Part shown: piece after piece, positions 23,596 through 36,934 of the stretch | Numbering within the stretch: the first letter of the stretch is position 1 | Layout: each line of letters opens with the position of its first letter | Source: Octopus vulgaris | Lineage: Eukaryota | Assembly: GCA_951406725.2 (NCBI GenBank) | Contig: OX597821.1 | Span: 117,304,001-117,368,000, forward strand | Direction of reading: 5' to 3' | DNA length: 64,000 nucleotides | Made by a program: the position numbers and the translations under genes | The notes under the pieces: model-generated | What the model saw: only the letters and a program-made list of their open reading frames with translations | What the model was told of the DNA's origin: nothing | Databases searched by the model: none

Positions 23596-26089
23596 ATTAT
23601 TGTTATTATTATTCAAAAGGTAGTGAAGACAGCCTCAACACTGCAGCACAGGATGAAATGCATTGCACAGTCCTACTGAGTTTTCTGTTCAAATCTCACC
23701 AGAGCTGATTTTTGTCTTTCATCCCTCAGAGATCTGAAATATGTATCAGGTGTACATACCAGAGTTCATTTAGTTGATTATATTCCCTGAGAAAACTAAA
23801 CTTGAACTTAAGTTAAAGTCAATATTTGTTGTCATTTGATGTAGAATGTTTTCGCCGAGTGTACTTTTCACTCTGCTAGCTTTGCAAACGATGACAGATC
23901 TTGTTTGATTTTTCCGTCTGTCAAGTTATGTTATGCTGAATACAGTAGACTGAAGAGAATAAAATTGTGAATCATGGCAAATCCATGCCCTTTGTAAACT
24001 GTGTAAAGTACTTTTAAAACCAAACTTAAATTCTTTAGTTCATTTCAGAGATCACATTGGAAATATGCAGCAAATTATTATTATTACCTCAGCGAAATCT
24101 CATCATCCGTAGATTTGTGGTTCAAATAAGAATAAATTCCATTTGTGTTTTCTAGCTTAGTTGGAAGAAGGGTAGCACCTGTTATCCTTTATAGGGCCTC
24201 CAAGATTGGGGGAGGAAACGTGAATTAACCACAGACTAACTGGAACTCTTATGATAAGGGTTCCAGCTGATCTGATCAACAACAGAACAGCCTGCTCATG
24301 GAATTAACATGTAAGTGGCTGAGCGCTCCACAGACATGTGTACCCATAGTACTGGGGTCAATTCATTTCACAAAAAAATTCAAGGTAGTGCCCCAACATG
24401 GCCACAGTTTAATTACTGAAACAAGCAAAAGATAAAAACTGACTATGTAGTTTGGTGGCAAAAATCTCACTCAAGACACACACACACACACAGAGGTAGG
24501 CGTATATGTATGTACATATGTATATATTATGCATATATATGTAAATGTTTATATATATGAGTGTGCGTGCATGGCAGATGCAAACTGAAAGAAGCCTGTC
24601 TTTTATGTATGTGTGCACGTGTTTGCGTCTCCTTATCTTGAGATCACACAACAGTTTCATAGTAACTAAACAAATGATTGTTTTTAAAGAAATAGACTTA
24701 AAATGCAAAACTTTGTTTTTTTAACAAGATTAAAGAATTGTTTAAATACAAAACTGAAGTGAATGTAATAACATGAAAGATCAGATTAAATGAAATAAAA
24801 ATCATATTGTAAAAACCGAGATTATCATAATGACATTTATTGAAGAAGCAATGTATCTTCAGAGCAAGGGATAAATAAAAAATCTAGATTCAAAACATAG
24901 CAAGATCTTGTTCTAAGAAATGTAATTGCTTCTATTAGTTCCTTGGTAATACAAACCTTGTATCTGATGCGATTCCTTTCAAATTTGTGTATGCGAAGGT
25001 AGAAATTTTAATTTTTTCTGTTCTAGGCACAAAGCCTGAAATTTTTTGGGGGAGGGGGCCAGTTGATTACAATGACCTCAGTATGAAACTGGTACTTAAT
25101 TTATCGACCCCGAAAAGATGAAAGGTAAATTCGACCATGGCAGAATTTGAACTCAGAAGGTAAAGACAGATGAAGTAGAAATTTTAATGCATTACCTATT
25201 ATTGCTTTTACTCATTTCAGTCATTGGGCTGTGGCCATGCTGGGGCAGTACATTGAAGGGTTTAATTTAACAGCTCAATACCCATACTTTTTTTTTATGG
25301 GGACATAAACAGACTAACACCGGTTGTCAAGCGGTAGGACGGAGGACAAAAAAACGACACACATGATGGGTTTCCATGCATTTTCCATGCACAAAATCTA
25401 CTTGCATTGGTCAACCTGGCACTGAAGAGGAAGACAACTGTCCAACGTGCCACACAGTGGGACTGAACTGGCAGTCATGTGGTTGCAAAGCAAGCTTTTT
25501 AACCACATAGCCATGCTTGCACTTATATTACAGTCCACATTTTCTCAAAGTCATCAGACTTTTGCTAACACTAGCTCCACACATCTGAGTCATTTTACCA
25601 ACATTGGAAGGGTGAAAGGCAAAATTAACCGCAGTGAGATATAAATGTAAAGAACATAACAAATAATTCCAGGCATTTTGTCTGACACTAACAACAATCC
25701 TGGCAATGATCCATGATGATGATGATGATGATTTCTAACATAGCTGTGTGGTTAAAAAGCTTACTTTGTAATCATGTGGCTTCAGGTTCAGTCCTACAAC
25801 GCAGCACATTGAGCAAGTGTCTTCTACTATAGCCAACCGTTGTCTGTAGAAGCCTGTCATATGCATGTGTATGTGTATCTCTGTGTTTGTCCCCTCACTA
25901 TTTGTCAAGTGTTGGTTTGTTTATGTCCTCTTAGCTAAGTAGAATAAATATCAGGCTTCAAAAAAAAACCCAAAAAACCCAAAAGGACCGGGGTGAAGTT
26001 GTTTGATAAATTTCTTCATGGTGATGTGCCAACATGGCCACAGTTAAAAGACTGTATCAAGCAAGATATAGCAAATAAAAATACTCACA

Positions 26090-26301
26090 AAGCTCTTTTA
26101 CTCTTTTACTTGCTTCAGTCATTTGACTGCGGCCATGCTGGAGCACTGCCTTTAGTCAAGCAAATCGACCCCGGGACTTATTCTTCGTAAGTCCAGTACT
26201 TATTCTATCAGTCTCTTTTGCCGAACTGCTAAGTTACGGGGACATAAACACACCAGCATCGGTTGTCAAGCAATACTAGGGGGACAAACATAGACACACA
26301 A

Positions 26302-26336
<35 letters not shown>

Positions 26337-26528
26337 TATATATATATATATATACGTATATACAACGGGCTTCTTTGAGTTTCCGTCTACCAAATCCACT
26401 CACAAGGCTTTGGTCGGCCTGAGGCTATAGTGGAAGACACTTGCCCAAGATGCCACGCAGTGGGACTGAACCTGGAGCCATGTGGTTGGTAAGTAAGCTA
26501 TTTACCACACAGTCACTCCTGCACCTAT
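26090..26528 (-). mobile_element. Full-length SINE family A (best copy)
   Basis: Minus: TAGGTGCAGGAGTGACTGTGTGG (A box), GGTTCAGTCCC (B box), CORE-like GTGGCATCTTGGGCAAGTGTCTT, internal (TA)n(TG)n, tail ...AAGTAAAAGAGTAAAAGAG. Further copies at 25205-25520 (-), 25740-26060 (+), 32850-33193 (-), 50290-50560 (-), 58830-59275 (+), 63788-64000 (+). Confidence 0.88.
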
Positions 26529-27247
26529 AAGCTATACATTTTCTTCTTTTTTATAAGAGTTGAGGTCGATATAATTAATTGCATCAACCCTAGTATTTTA
26601 CTGGTATTTATTTTATCAACCTCTCCCTACCCTGGAGAGCCAAAAGATGAAAACTTATATAACAAGATTTTGACCCAGGGCTTCCATAATGGACAACTAG
26701 ATGGGATAGTCCTTAATTTAAGACGATCAGAAAAGCAACAATAGTAAGTTGATTGACTGTAGAAGTATTCCTACCAGCAAGAAGAGAAAAGAAGTTGTCT
26801 TTCGTTTTTATTTCTCATTTTCCAGTATTGTGTTTTGACTGAAAGATATTGATTTTAAATGTTTTCATTTTTAAAACCTCATATTTGTAGCTTATATAGA
26901 TTTATTTTTATGTCGTTCTTTCCAAATTTGCTCATTGATTTGTGTGTGAAATAAACCTTGTTTTAATGTGTCTGTGTGTGTATGTGGGTGAGGGAGTATG
27001 TGTGTGCGTATGTGAGAGGGGATATGTGTGTATGTGTGTGTGAGTGTGTATGTGCATGTGAGTGTGTATGTGTGTGTGAGTGTGCATGTGTATGTGAGTG
27101 AGGGAGTATGTGTGTGCATATATGAGAGGGGATATGTGTGTATGAGCGTGTGAGTGTATGTATGTGTGCAAGAGAGCGTGAGTGTTTGTGTGTGTGTGTG
27201 TGGGAGAGACAGAAAAAAGGTCTGTGTGAGAGTGTGTACCTGTGCGT

Positions 27248-27296
<49 letters not shown>

Positions 27297-27820
27297 ACAT
27301 ACAGGCAGTTAGAAATGATAGATGGTGACATAGATAATGGACATCAGAAGTAGATACAGAATGAGTGAAGAAAGAGAGAGAGAGAGAGAGGGAGGGAGGG
27401 AGAGAGGGAGGGAGGGAGGCAAAGTAAACAAGACCAGAAAGAAAGAAGACAGAAAAAGAAAGTAAAGACGAGGAGAGAGAGTGGGAGGAGGGGAGGGGGA
27501 ATAGACCGAGATGCTTGAAATGTCTGACTATTTTTAGAATATGTTTTTAACACATGTCAATGATACTAACAATAAATTCACAATTTTACTAACTAAATAA
27601 ACAATTAAAATACAGTGAAATTTGTATCCGTACTCAAAGCACTTCGTAGTTAAAAGTGCTGAGCTATTGACCACAATGGTAAAGACTTCAAATACAGACA
27701 GTTGTATTATTGCATTGCGTAGCACCATACTTTAATTGCTAAAGTCAATCTAACTAAAAATAGCATATAAATTGGTGTATAGTGGCTAATTTTCCTTCTA
27801 TATTGCAAATATTATTGTGT

Positions 27821-28186
27821 TAGGTGCAGGAGTGGCTGTGTGGTAAGTAGCTTGCTTGCCAACCACATGGTTCCGGGTTCAGTCCCACTGCGTGGCACCT
27901 TGGGCAAATGTCTTCTATTATAGCCTCGGGCTGACCAAAGCCTTGTGAGTGGATTTGGTAGATGGAAACTGAAAGAAGCCCACCATATATATGTGTGTGT
28001 GGGTGAGTGTGTGTGTGTGTGTGTGTATTTGTGTCTGTTTGTCTCCAACCATCGCTTGGCACGTCCTCATATCTTAGCGGTTTGGCAAAAGAGGCCGATA
28101 GAATATGTACCTAGGGTTGATTTATTCGACTAAAGGTGGTGCTCCAGCATGGTCACAGTCAAATGACTGAAACAAGTAAAAGAATA
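27821..28186 (+). mobile_element. SINE family A
   Basis: TAGGTGCAGGAGTGGCTGTGTGG...GGTTCAGTCCC...CTTGGGCAAATG...AACAAGTAAAAGA. Confidence 0.88.
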
Positions 28187-28571
28187 CTCTTTTTATCTTT
28201 GATCTTTCACTTGTGTCCATCATTGCATTGTGGCCATGCTGGGGTACCCCTCTGAAAGGTTTAGTTCATAGATTCTCAAAGTGGGTGCTACTTCCCCTTG
28301 ACAGGGTGCCTAAGGGGGTGGGGTCAGTGGAGAAAAAGGAGGCATTGGGAGGAAGGCAGTGGATTAGGGGACGCTATGAATTTATTATATTATAGTATTG
28401 TATACAAATTATATAATATCATATTGAATATCAAATGATTCATAGATATATAAATTAGTAAAATATATAATATCTATTTATACATAAAAATAGGAGTGGG
28501 GGCACTGAGGGTATTATGTGGCATGAGGGGGCAACCTGGATGGGACACTGGTCCATTGCAGGTGAGCTGCT

Positions 28572-28756
28572 AGATACAGGAGGAAAGAGTGAGAGAAAGT
28601 TGTGGTGAAAGAGTCAGCAGAGGTTCGCCATTACCTTCTGCCAGAGCCACGTGGAGCTTAGGTGTTTCACTCATAAACACACACATCGCCTGGTCTAAGA
28701 TTTGAACCCACGACCATGAGTCTGCTGCTCTAACCACTAGACCATGTGCCTCCACA
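28572..28756 (-). mobile_element. SINE family E (tRNA head), 5' part
   Basis: Minus TGTGGAGGCACATGGTCTAGTGGTTAGAGC...GGTTCAAATC; related copies at 34494-34820 (-), 41886-42464 (-), 62384-62560 (+). Confidence 0.75.
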
Positions 28757-28856
28757 TGTTTGCTTATTAGGCTTGATTGATTAATTAATACACTGAGCAA
28801 GTACTGAATGAAAAACTTGAAAACTGTTCATAGAATTGAACTAACATTTAATAATG

Positions 28857-29232
28857 GCATTAGCATGCAGAGAGCATAAACCTCCGCCAAGGCAACACCA
28901 ATGTCCTCTCAATGATTAGCCAGAAATGATTTTTAAAATGAGAATATCTGAAATAAACTCAACTGCTCTCACAAATGAGAATACTAAAAATAAACCCAAC
29001 CGCTCTCAAAAATTAAGTAAAAATAAAAATAAAAATAATCCAGAATCCTTGTCTGATATCAGATCAGTCACAAAATCTAATCAGTTTGTGCCAGTCACGA
29101 GGCCAAACATCCCTGAAGTTTCATCTAAATCCATCCAGTGGTTCTTGAGATTTCTTGCCCACGGGCAAACAAACAAACAAACAAACGTGACTGAACACAA
29201 AACCTCTGCCTTCGTTAAGGCAGAGGTAATAA
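28857..29232 (-). mobile_element. Helentron-associated non-autonomous element (HINE/DINE-1-like architecture)
   Basis: subTIR ACCTCCGCC at about 28880 and GGCAGAGGT at about 29219; terminal palindrome ACCTCTGCCTT-CGTT-AAGGCAGAGGT; (AAAC)n next to the core; inserted at TT/AA. Confidence 0.7.
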
Positions 29233-30319
29233 CGACTGCTTAAACTGAAGTATGCAATCACTATTAATACTGGTTTCAAGTTTTGGCACAAGGCCAGTAA
29301 TTTGGGAGAAAGGGTAAGTTGATTACATTAACCTTAGTGTTCAACTGTTACTTTATCAACCCTAAAAGGATGAATGGTAAAGCTGACCATGGCAGAATTT
29401 GAACTCAGAATATAAAGATGGACAAAATACTACCGAGTGTTTTATCCGGCGTGCCAACAATTTTGCCAGCTTCCTGTCTTAATAATGATAATAATAATAA
29501 TAATAATAATAAATAATAATAATAATAATAATAAATAATAATAATAATAAATAAATAATAATAATAATAATAATAAATAAATAATAATAAATAATAATAA
29601 TAATAATAATAATAATAATTTGTTTCATTATCTTCATGGATATAGATGAGGAGCTTTCACAAGGATAGTCTACAAGACTATCCCACTGCGTGGCACCTTG
29701 ACCAAGTGTCTTCTACTACAATTCTGGGCTGACTAAAAGCCTTGCAAATAGATTTGGTAGACAGAAGCTGAAAGAAGCCGATTGTAGATGTGTGCATGTA
29801 TACACACACACACACACACACAAACACATATATATATATGTATGTATGTATGCATGCGTGTATATCCTCACCTGTCTTGACATCAAGGGATAGTTATAAG
29901 AGCATGACTGTCATGTAAGTCCTTTGTTTCCAGTTTTCTGCATAAACCTGTGTAGCTATGGGGGAACTATTATCATGCTTGGAAGCAGGTGAGGATCAGC
30001 AACCGGAAGGGCAGCTGGTCATAGGAAAATCTGCCTCAATGAATCCCTGTGTGACTCACGCAAGCATGGAAAGGTGGGTGTTAAAAGATGATGTATATAT
30101 TTGTAAGTTTTTCAAACAGAACAGACCATGTGTTCAGAGCTCGATGATTGCTTGGAGACACAAGGCACATAATAACAACCTGCCTATCCACATGTCTAAA
30201 TGGTAAGAAACTACTAGGAGCTCTCACTTTAGTACAGTGTAGTTTGGATGATATTTATCTCTCGCTGAATGGATTACTTTCTTAATTGATCTCACCTTAA
30301 CAGAACCATAAACTATATA

Positions 30320-31160
30320 TAGCAGGGTGCAAAAGTAGGTATACAGTTACGAAACAGGAAAACACATACGATACTTGTTTATTTTTATCAAAAAAATTAA
30401 AAGTTTTCATAAAATATTATTATAGTTATGATAAATGTATTATTATGATTAATGACACTGAAAATCTCAAAAATGAGGCTAACTTTTAATTTTTTGATAA
30501 CAATAAATGAGTATTGTAGAGGGAGACCCAGGAAGACATAGGATGAGGTGGTAAAGCATGACCTTTGAATGTTGGGCCTCACAGAGGCAATGATGAAAGA
30601 CCGAGACCTCTGAAGATATGCTGTGACTGAGAAGACCTGGCAAATAAAGTGAGATCACAGCTGTAACCTACACAGTGTCACATAACCATCCCACTCAAAG
30701 GTACCTTGGATTGTAGTGTGACATGCCATGCTTGAGGAGACCTTTTGAGTCAAGTACATCAAAATCAAATGGAAAGTGTAGTTGTGATCCCTGTGCCAGT
30801 GGTACATAAAAAATCACCATCCAAATGTGGCCGATGCCAGCACCGCCTTGACCGGCTTCCGTGCCGGTGGAATGTACAAAAGCACCAACTGATTGTGGTC
30901 ATTACCAGCCTCCTCTGGCCTGTGCTGGTGGCATGTAAAAAGCACCTACTACACTCTTGGAGTGGTTGATGTTAGGAAGGGCATCCAGCTGTAGAAACCA
31001 CGCCAGACCAGACTGGAGCCTGGTGCAGCCTCCTGGCTTGCCAAACCCCAGTCGAACCGTCCAACCCATGCCAGCAAGGAAAATGGACGTTAAACAATGA
31101 TGATGATAATGTACATGTTTTCTATTTTTCATAACTGTAACCTACTTTTGCACCCCACTG
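30320..31160. mobile_element. Tc1/mariner-type MITE with a nested RTE 3' end
   Basis: TIRs of about 29 bp: (TAGCA)GGGTGCAAAAGTAGGTATACAGTTA / TAACTGTAACCTACTTTTGCACCCCACTG, with TA on both sides. Confidence 0.8.
30514..31108 (+). mobile_element. RTE LINE: ORF C-terminus plus complete family C 3'UTR
   Basis: RGRPRKT*DEVVKHDL*MLGLTEAMMKDRDL*RYAVTEKTWQIK* is the canonical RTE C-terminus and runs into the family C UTR and (GAT)n tail. Confidence 0.85.
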
Positions 31161-31539
31161 TAAATGTGTGTATGCATGTGCACACATATAAATATATATA
31201 TATATATGTATGTATGTATGTGTGTGTATATATTTGCGGGAAGGACTGTTTCAATGAAATCGCGTCTTGTCCTTGCCTTCGTAATGTGGAGTAGATGAAA
31301 CAGAGATAACTGAAGAAGGGGAATATTCTTTATGTTGTATGTCTCATTTCTCTGTTTTTTTTCATTGTTCGAAAAAAAATTCATTTCTATGTTTTCGTTT
31401 CTCATTGTGTTCAATGCTTTTTTGATGTCCTGTACCCATATAGGCATGTATATATACATATATATGTAGGTATGTACATATATGTATGTATATATGCATT
31501 ATATTTATATATTATTTATATTTATATATTATTTATATT

Positions 31540-31588
<49 letters not shown>

Positions 31589-33032
31589 ATACGTGTATAT
31601 ACATATATATGCATATATAAATACAAACATACAGCACACACATAACTGAATGTTTTAGATTTTTAAGTGGAGCTTTCAGTGAGCCAATTGTACAACCGAA
31701 AAGTTTCTGGTTGCAGTTGTTTTGCTTCCATCTTACATCACCACCAATGCTCCCTAGAAAGAGATCTGTGAATCACAATCTCCATCTGCCCCCCCCCCCA
31801 TTTCACCTAAAAACGTTAGACCTCATGACTCGCTGACGTATGCAACATTGAAATACTTTAGTTATATCTCCAATGAGTCATTCCGACAGCATCGTTTATA
31901 AAGCGAGGCCTGAACCAACATGTTATTTTTCAGTTAATAAAATACAGAAACACCAATATTTTTTTTCTGTTTTTTTTTTTTTTTTTTTTTTGTATTCTAA
32001 GGAGTGACTGAAACCAGTTTCAGAGAGTTTTTTTTCAGTTATTTATTTTCTTTATTTATTTATCCTTTGTGAATTCCTCTTGTTTGTGCACTATGATTAT
32101 TAACTGATTTTAGCTGTTAAACTTCAAGACAATGGATTAATTTCCTCAATGTAGAACAAACTAGGCTGAGAGTAAATTCCTAATGAAAGATAATAGAGAC
32201 AGAAAAAAGTAGGTATTTTTCTCATCTGATCAAATACAAAAGCTGCGACTCTTCCTTTGCATGTGACAAAGACATGACAGCTGAATAGATACGTCTTGCC
32301 TTTTCTTGGGTTTTGATTATCTTTTTTAAGGTTTGAGTAATCAGAACAGTAGATTTATTTATTTATATACTACCGCTAATTCAACATTAGTTTCCGTAAT
32401 TGATCCATGGATGGAGCCTTTACATAACCGCATGACTTGCTAGAAAGAGCAAACAAATGACTCTCAAATTATACTTCAGAGGTGCAGGTGTGGAAGTGGG
32501 GTTAACAAGACTGATTCCCGACTATGCGGTCTCTTATTCATTCAGATTCATTTCCCACTGTGTGACATCTTAAGCAAGTCTCTTCTACAATAGCACCAGG
32601 ACAATCAAAGACTTGGGAGTGGATTTGGTAGACAAACTGAAAGAAGCTTGGTTTGTGTGTATGTGTGTGTGTAAAACATGTTATAAAACTTTGTTTGGCA
32701 TGTTCTCAACATAGGAAACTATTAGTAGCACATAAAAGCATGTATTGTGTCTATTAAATAATATTTATCTCTCACTAGATGGAGCACTTTTTTTGCTTGT
32801 TCTTATCATCATGGAACAGTACATTATATATACATATATATATATATATTCTCTTTTATTCTTTTATTTGTTTCAGTCATTTGAATGCGGCCATGGTGGA
32901 GCACTACCTTTTAGTTGAACAAATCTACCTCAGGACTTATTCTTTGTAAGCCTAGTACTTATTCTATCAGTCACTTTTGCTGAACTACTAAGTTACGGGG
33001 AGAAACACAGACACACAAACATACACACGTGC

Positions 33033-33067
<35 letters not shown>

Positions 33068-33212
33068 CGATGGGCTTTGGTCAGTCCAAGGCTATAGTAG
33101 AAGACATTTGCCCAAGGTGTCATGCTGTGGGATTGAACCCAGAACCATGTGGTTGGTAAGCAAGCTACTTACCACACAGCTACTACTGCGCCTATGAATG
33201 CATGTTTGTGTG

Positions 33213-33400
33213 CTAGATTCCCTTGTTCGAAAATATAGACACAGATCGTGTTTTATAACCAGCTGGAGATGATGTCTCCTGGGGCTGAATTACACCAACA
33301 CTCGTCCTAAACCAGGAATGCCATGTTATGTTGGCAAATAATCCTTACTCCAAAGTAGTGTTGCTGAATATCTCTCCTTGTGAGATTCACAAATAGTAAT
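33213..33400 (+). mobile_element. Family D copy, single arm, 5'-truncated
   Basis: GCTAGATTCCCTTGTTCGAAAATAT...TACTCCAAAGTAGTGTTGCTGAATATCTCTC matches 21612-21990. Confidence 0.8.
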
Positions 33401-33892
33401 TTTCTTTGTTTCATTTACATGTGACCACCACCTCTGATTTTGGAAAAAAAAAATCAATAATCTGGAAAGGGTTTGGAACCAATGGTCCCTGAGAATCGAT
33501 GTGCTGTAACGACTAAGTCACAAACCATTATTTAATGGAATTTTAGAATCAAATTCTTCAGTGAGACCAAAATATAAAAATGATAATAAAAATTTTAACA
33601 GCAAACAAGATACACTGACCATAATCCATGGTTATTGCTGCAATATGGACAATTGGAAATACTTGCAGAATGATCAAACATTGCATTGAAATGAAAATAT
33701 TAAGTTATTGCTTGCAAGTTTATCCATGATGAGAGTTTTCTTTTGTTCCGAGCTAGTCTATATAGCCTATCAGGAAGAATCAACCAAGGAGATTAAAATA
33801 AATAAATTAATAAAACATGATAAAAATCTACAAAATCTTACCAGTTTTATTTGGGTGTTTACAGTAGAGAGACAGAAAGTAATAAAAACAAA

Positions 33893-34470
33893 TGGTTACA
33901 AACACAAATGGCCTCTCACTCAGAGCGAAATGCAGATTGTATGGTGACTGTGTACGATCATCTGTGTGACAAGGTAGTGAAACATGGGCTGCGATTGTAG
34001 AGGACATGTGAAAGGTTGAAAGAAACGAGGCCAGAATACTCCACTGGATGTGCAGTGTCAATGTGTATGTACAGCAAATGTATATGTGTTCATCATCATC
34101 ATCATCGTTTAACGTCCGCTTTCCATGCTAGCAAAGGTTGGATGGTTCGACCGGAGTCTGGGAAGCCAGGAGGCTGCACCAGGCCCAGTCTGATCTGGCA
34201 GTGTTTCTACAGCTGGATGCCCTTCCTAACGCCAACCACTCCGTGAGTGTAGTGGGTGCTTTTTACGTGCCAGTCGAGGTTCTTTTACGTTCCACCGGCA
34301 CTATGAAAGAAAAATTGAGTACAAGAGGCATCAGATGTAGTGTGCAAGTGAGAAGACTGCACTGGTCATGTGATGCATAGACTTGAAAACAGAGACGTAA
34401 AAGAAATGCTGATTTTTAAATGTGGAGGAAACCCGTAGAAGAGGAGGACCTAGGAAGACATGGGATGAAA
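33893..34470 (+). pseudogene. RTE ORF remnant interrupted by an antisense family C 3' end (34090-34300)
   Basis: GLSLRAKCRLYGDCVRSSV*QGSETW...KVERNEARILHWMC ... RGIRCSVQVRRLHW ... RRGGPRKTWDE. Confidence 0.75.
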
Positions 34471-35560
34471 TCAAAGGAGTTAACCATTTAACTAGCACTC
34501 TGTCGGTTACGATGATGAGGTTTCCAGTTGATCCAATCAATGGAAGAGTCTGCTTGTGGAATTAATGTGTAAATGGCTGAGCACTCTACAGACATGTGTG
34601 TATCCCTAATGTAGTTGTCAAGGAGATTTGGTTTGACACAGAATGTGACAAGGCTGGCTCTTTTGAAATACAGGTACTACTCATTTTTGCCAGCTGAGTG
34701 GACTGCAGCAATGTGAAATAAAGTGTCTTGCTCAAGGATGCAATGCATGGCTGGGAATTGAACTCCCGACCTTATGATCATGACCTGATTACTCTAACCA
34801 CTAAGCCATGAGCCTTCACAAGAGTTAGCCATTTAGAGCAGAGAAAACTGGAAGTGAAGTGAAGTGTTTTCTTCAAGAACACAACATGCAGCCAATCTGG
34901 GAATTGAAATCAACAGTCTCACAATTGTGAGTGCAACATGTCTAACCACAAGGCCATGTTCCTTCATGCATCAATATCTGTTTAAGTTTAAGATCCTGCA
35001 TTTTTGAATGGAACATTCAACCAATTTCTCCAGCATGTCACAGCGGTACCAGTTGACATATTGCAATTACGGTTTCAGATGGTATTTGTAATTCCTTTGT
35101 TAAGCAGATTACACAGAACTTGTTGTGCCAACTTAGTTAGCAAGTAATTAAAATCAGAATTAACATTATATTTAGATCTCAACAATAAAAAAAAAAAAGA
35201 AACTGACTCAAAGAATTCTTGTAAATGTTTGAATTGGCAAATACATCAAACCCATGGCAATGGAAAGTTAATTAACAATTAACTCTAGATACAATGTTAA
35301 ATGGTTAATTGGTGTTAAGAAAAGTAGTCAGTCACAAAACACTTGCTATGAACATTTTTGCAAGTGTTGAAATATTGCTGAAGCAACCAAGCAATGATAG
35401 ATTAGAAAAACACAAACAATTAAAAAGCATAAATAAAATAAAAAAAAAAAGAATGTCAGAAGAGAAAAAGAAAACCCTTTAATCTTTAATGTAATTTAGG
35501 AAAAAAAGTTGGAGGAAATGGCAGTTTGACTAAATGCTTTTACAATATTTATTTATGATT

Positions 35561-36268
35561 AAAGCAGTGAGCTGCCAGAAACGTTAGCACGCCGGGCGAA
35601 ATGCTTAGCAGTACCTCGTCTGTCTTTATGTTCATCATCATCATCATCATCATCATTATTATCATCGTTTAATATCGGCTTTCCATGCTAGCATGGGTTG
35701 GACGATTTGACTGAGGACTGGCGAACCAGATGGCTGTGCCAGGCTCCTCCAATCTGATCTGGCAGAGTTTCTACAGCTGGATGCCCTTCCTAATGCCAAC
35801 CACTCCAAGAGTGTAGTGGGCGCTTTTAAAGTGCCACCGGCACGAGGGCCAGTCTGGCGGTACTGGCAACAGCCATGCTCAAAAATGGTGTTTTTTATGT
35901 GCCACCTGCACAAGAGTCAGTCGAGCAGCACTGGCAACGACCTCACTCGAATGTTTTGTTCACGTGCCAGTGAGGTGACGCTGACAACGATCATGCTCAA
36001 ATAGTGCTCTTTACGTGCCAGACAGCTGTTCTGGCAGTGATCCCGCTTGGATGGAGCTGTTAGTGCTCCACTGGCACGGGTGCCAGTCATCGAATTTGTT
36101 TCAATTTCGATTTCACTTGCCCCAACAGGTCTTAAATTCCGACAAGTTCGACTTTGCCTTTCATCCTTTCGGGGTCGATAAATTAAGTACTAGTTGCGTA
36201 CTAGGGTCGATCTAATTGACTAGCCCCTTCCCCCAAAATTTCAAGCCTTGTGCCTAGAATAGAAATGA
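35561..36268 (+). mobile_element. Family B SINE split by a young family C RTE 3' end (about 35634-36134, minus)
   Basis: B head 35561-35633 resumes at AAATTCCGACAAGTTCGACTTTGCC near 36135. Confidence 0.8.
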
Positions 36269-36883
36269 ACATTCATTCATGATTTATTCTTGATTATACG
36301 GTGCAATGCCTTGCACGTGTGTCTTCTACTATAGCCCCAGACCAACCAAAACCTTGTCAGTGAATCTGGTAGATGGAAACTGTGTGGAAACTTGCCACGT
36401 ATATATGTACATATTCATATACACACACAAATATGTATATGTGTATGTCATGTATGAGTGGTTGTGGGTATTTTTGTGTGTACACTTATCTTAGCATCAT
36501 GGTTGTAAAAGAGCGCCATCATCATTCAATCGATTTTGTTTATTTCTAGTCTTTTGTGGCAAACGTGTCTGGCCACAGAGAAAATATTCCCTTGCTTGGA
36601 AATAGGTGAGGATTAGCAACAGGGATAGCATCCAACCATCGAAAACCTGCCCCAACAAATTCCATCTGATCCTTACAATAATAGAAATGCAGACTTCATC
36701 TCTTTAGCATTCAGATTGTCCTGTCAAATGTAACGATTATTTATTCATATTGTTTTGAATTAATTATGCATGATCTCATAGATTCAATGTTTCAAAAGAC
36801 AGGATTGGCGACTTTTAGAATAACATTATAGCAGTCAGTTGTGGTGGTTGATAGTTCTCGTATCTTCTATCTCTCTCATTTGC

Positions 36884-36930
<47 letters not shown>

Positions 36931-36934
36931 CAGA

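Noticed and set aside
27821-27895. tRNA genes at SINE heads (families A, B, E and 6514-6586)
   Set aside because: A and B boxes are present but acceptor stems are not intact and each head is fused to a SINE body.
31300-31345. CTGAAGA in a possible Penelope-like remnant
   Set aside because: No correctly placed GAAA or stem II.
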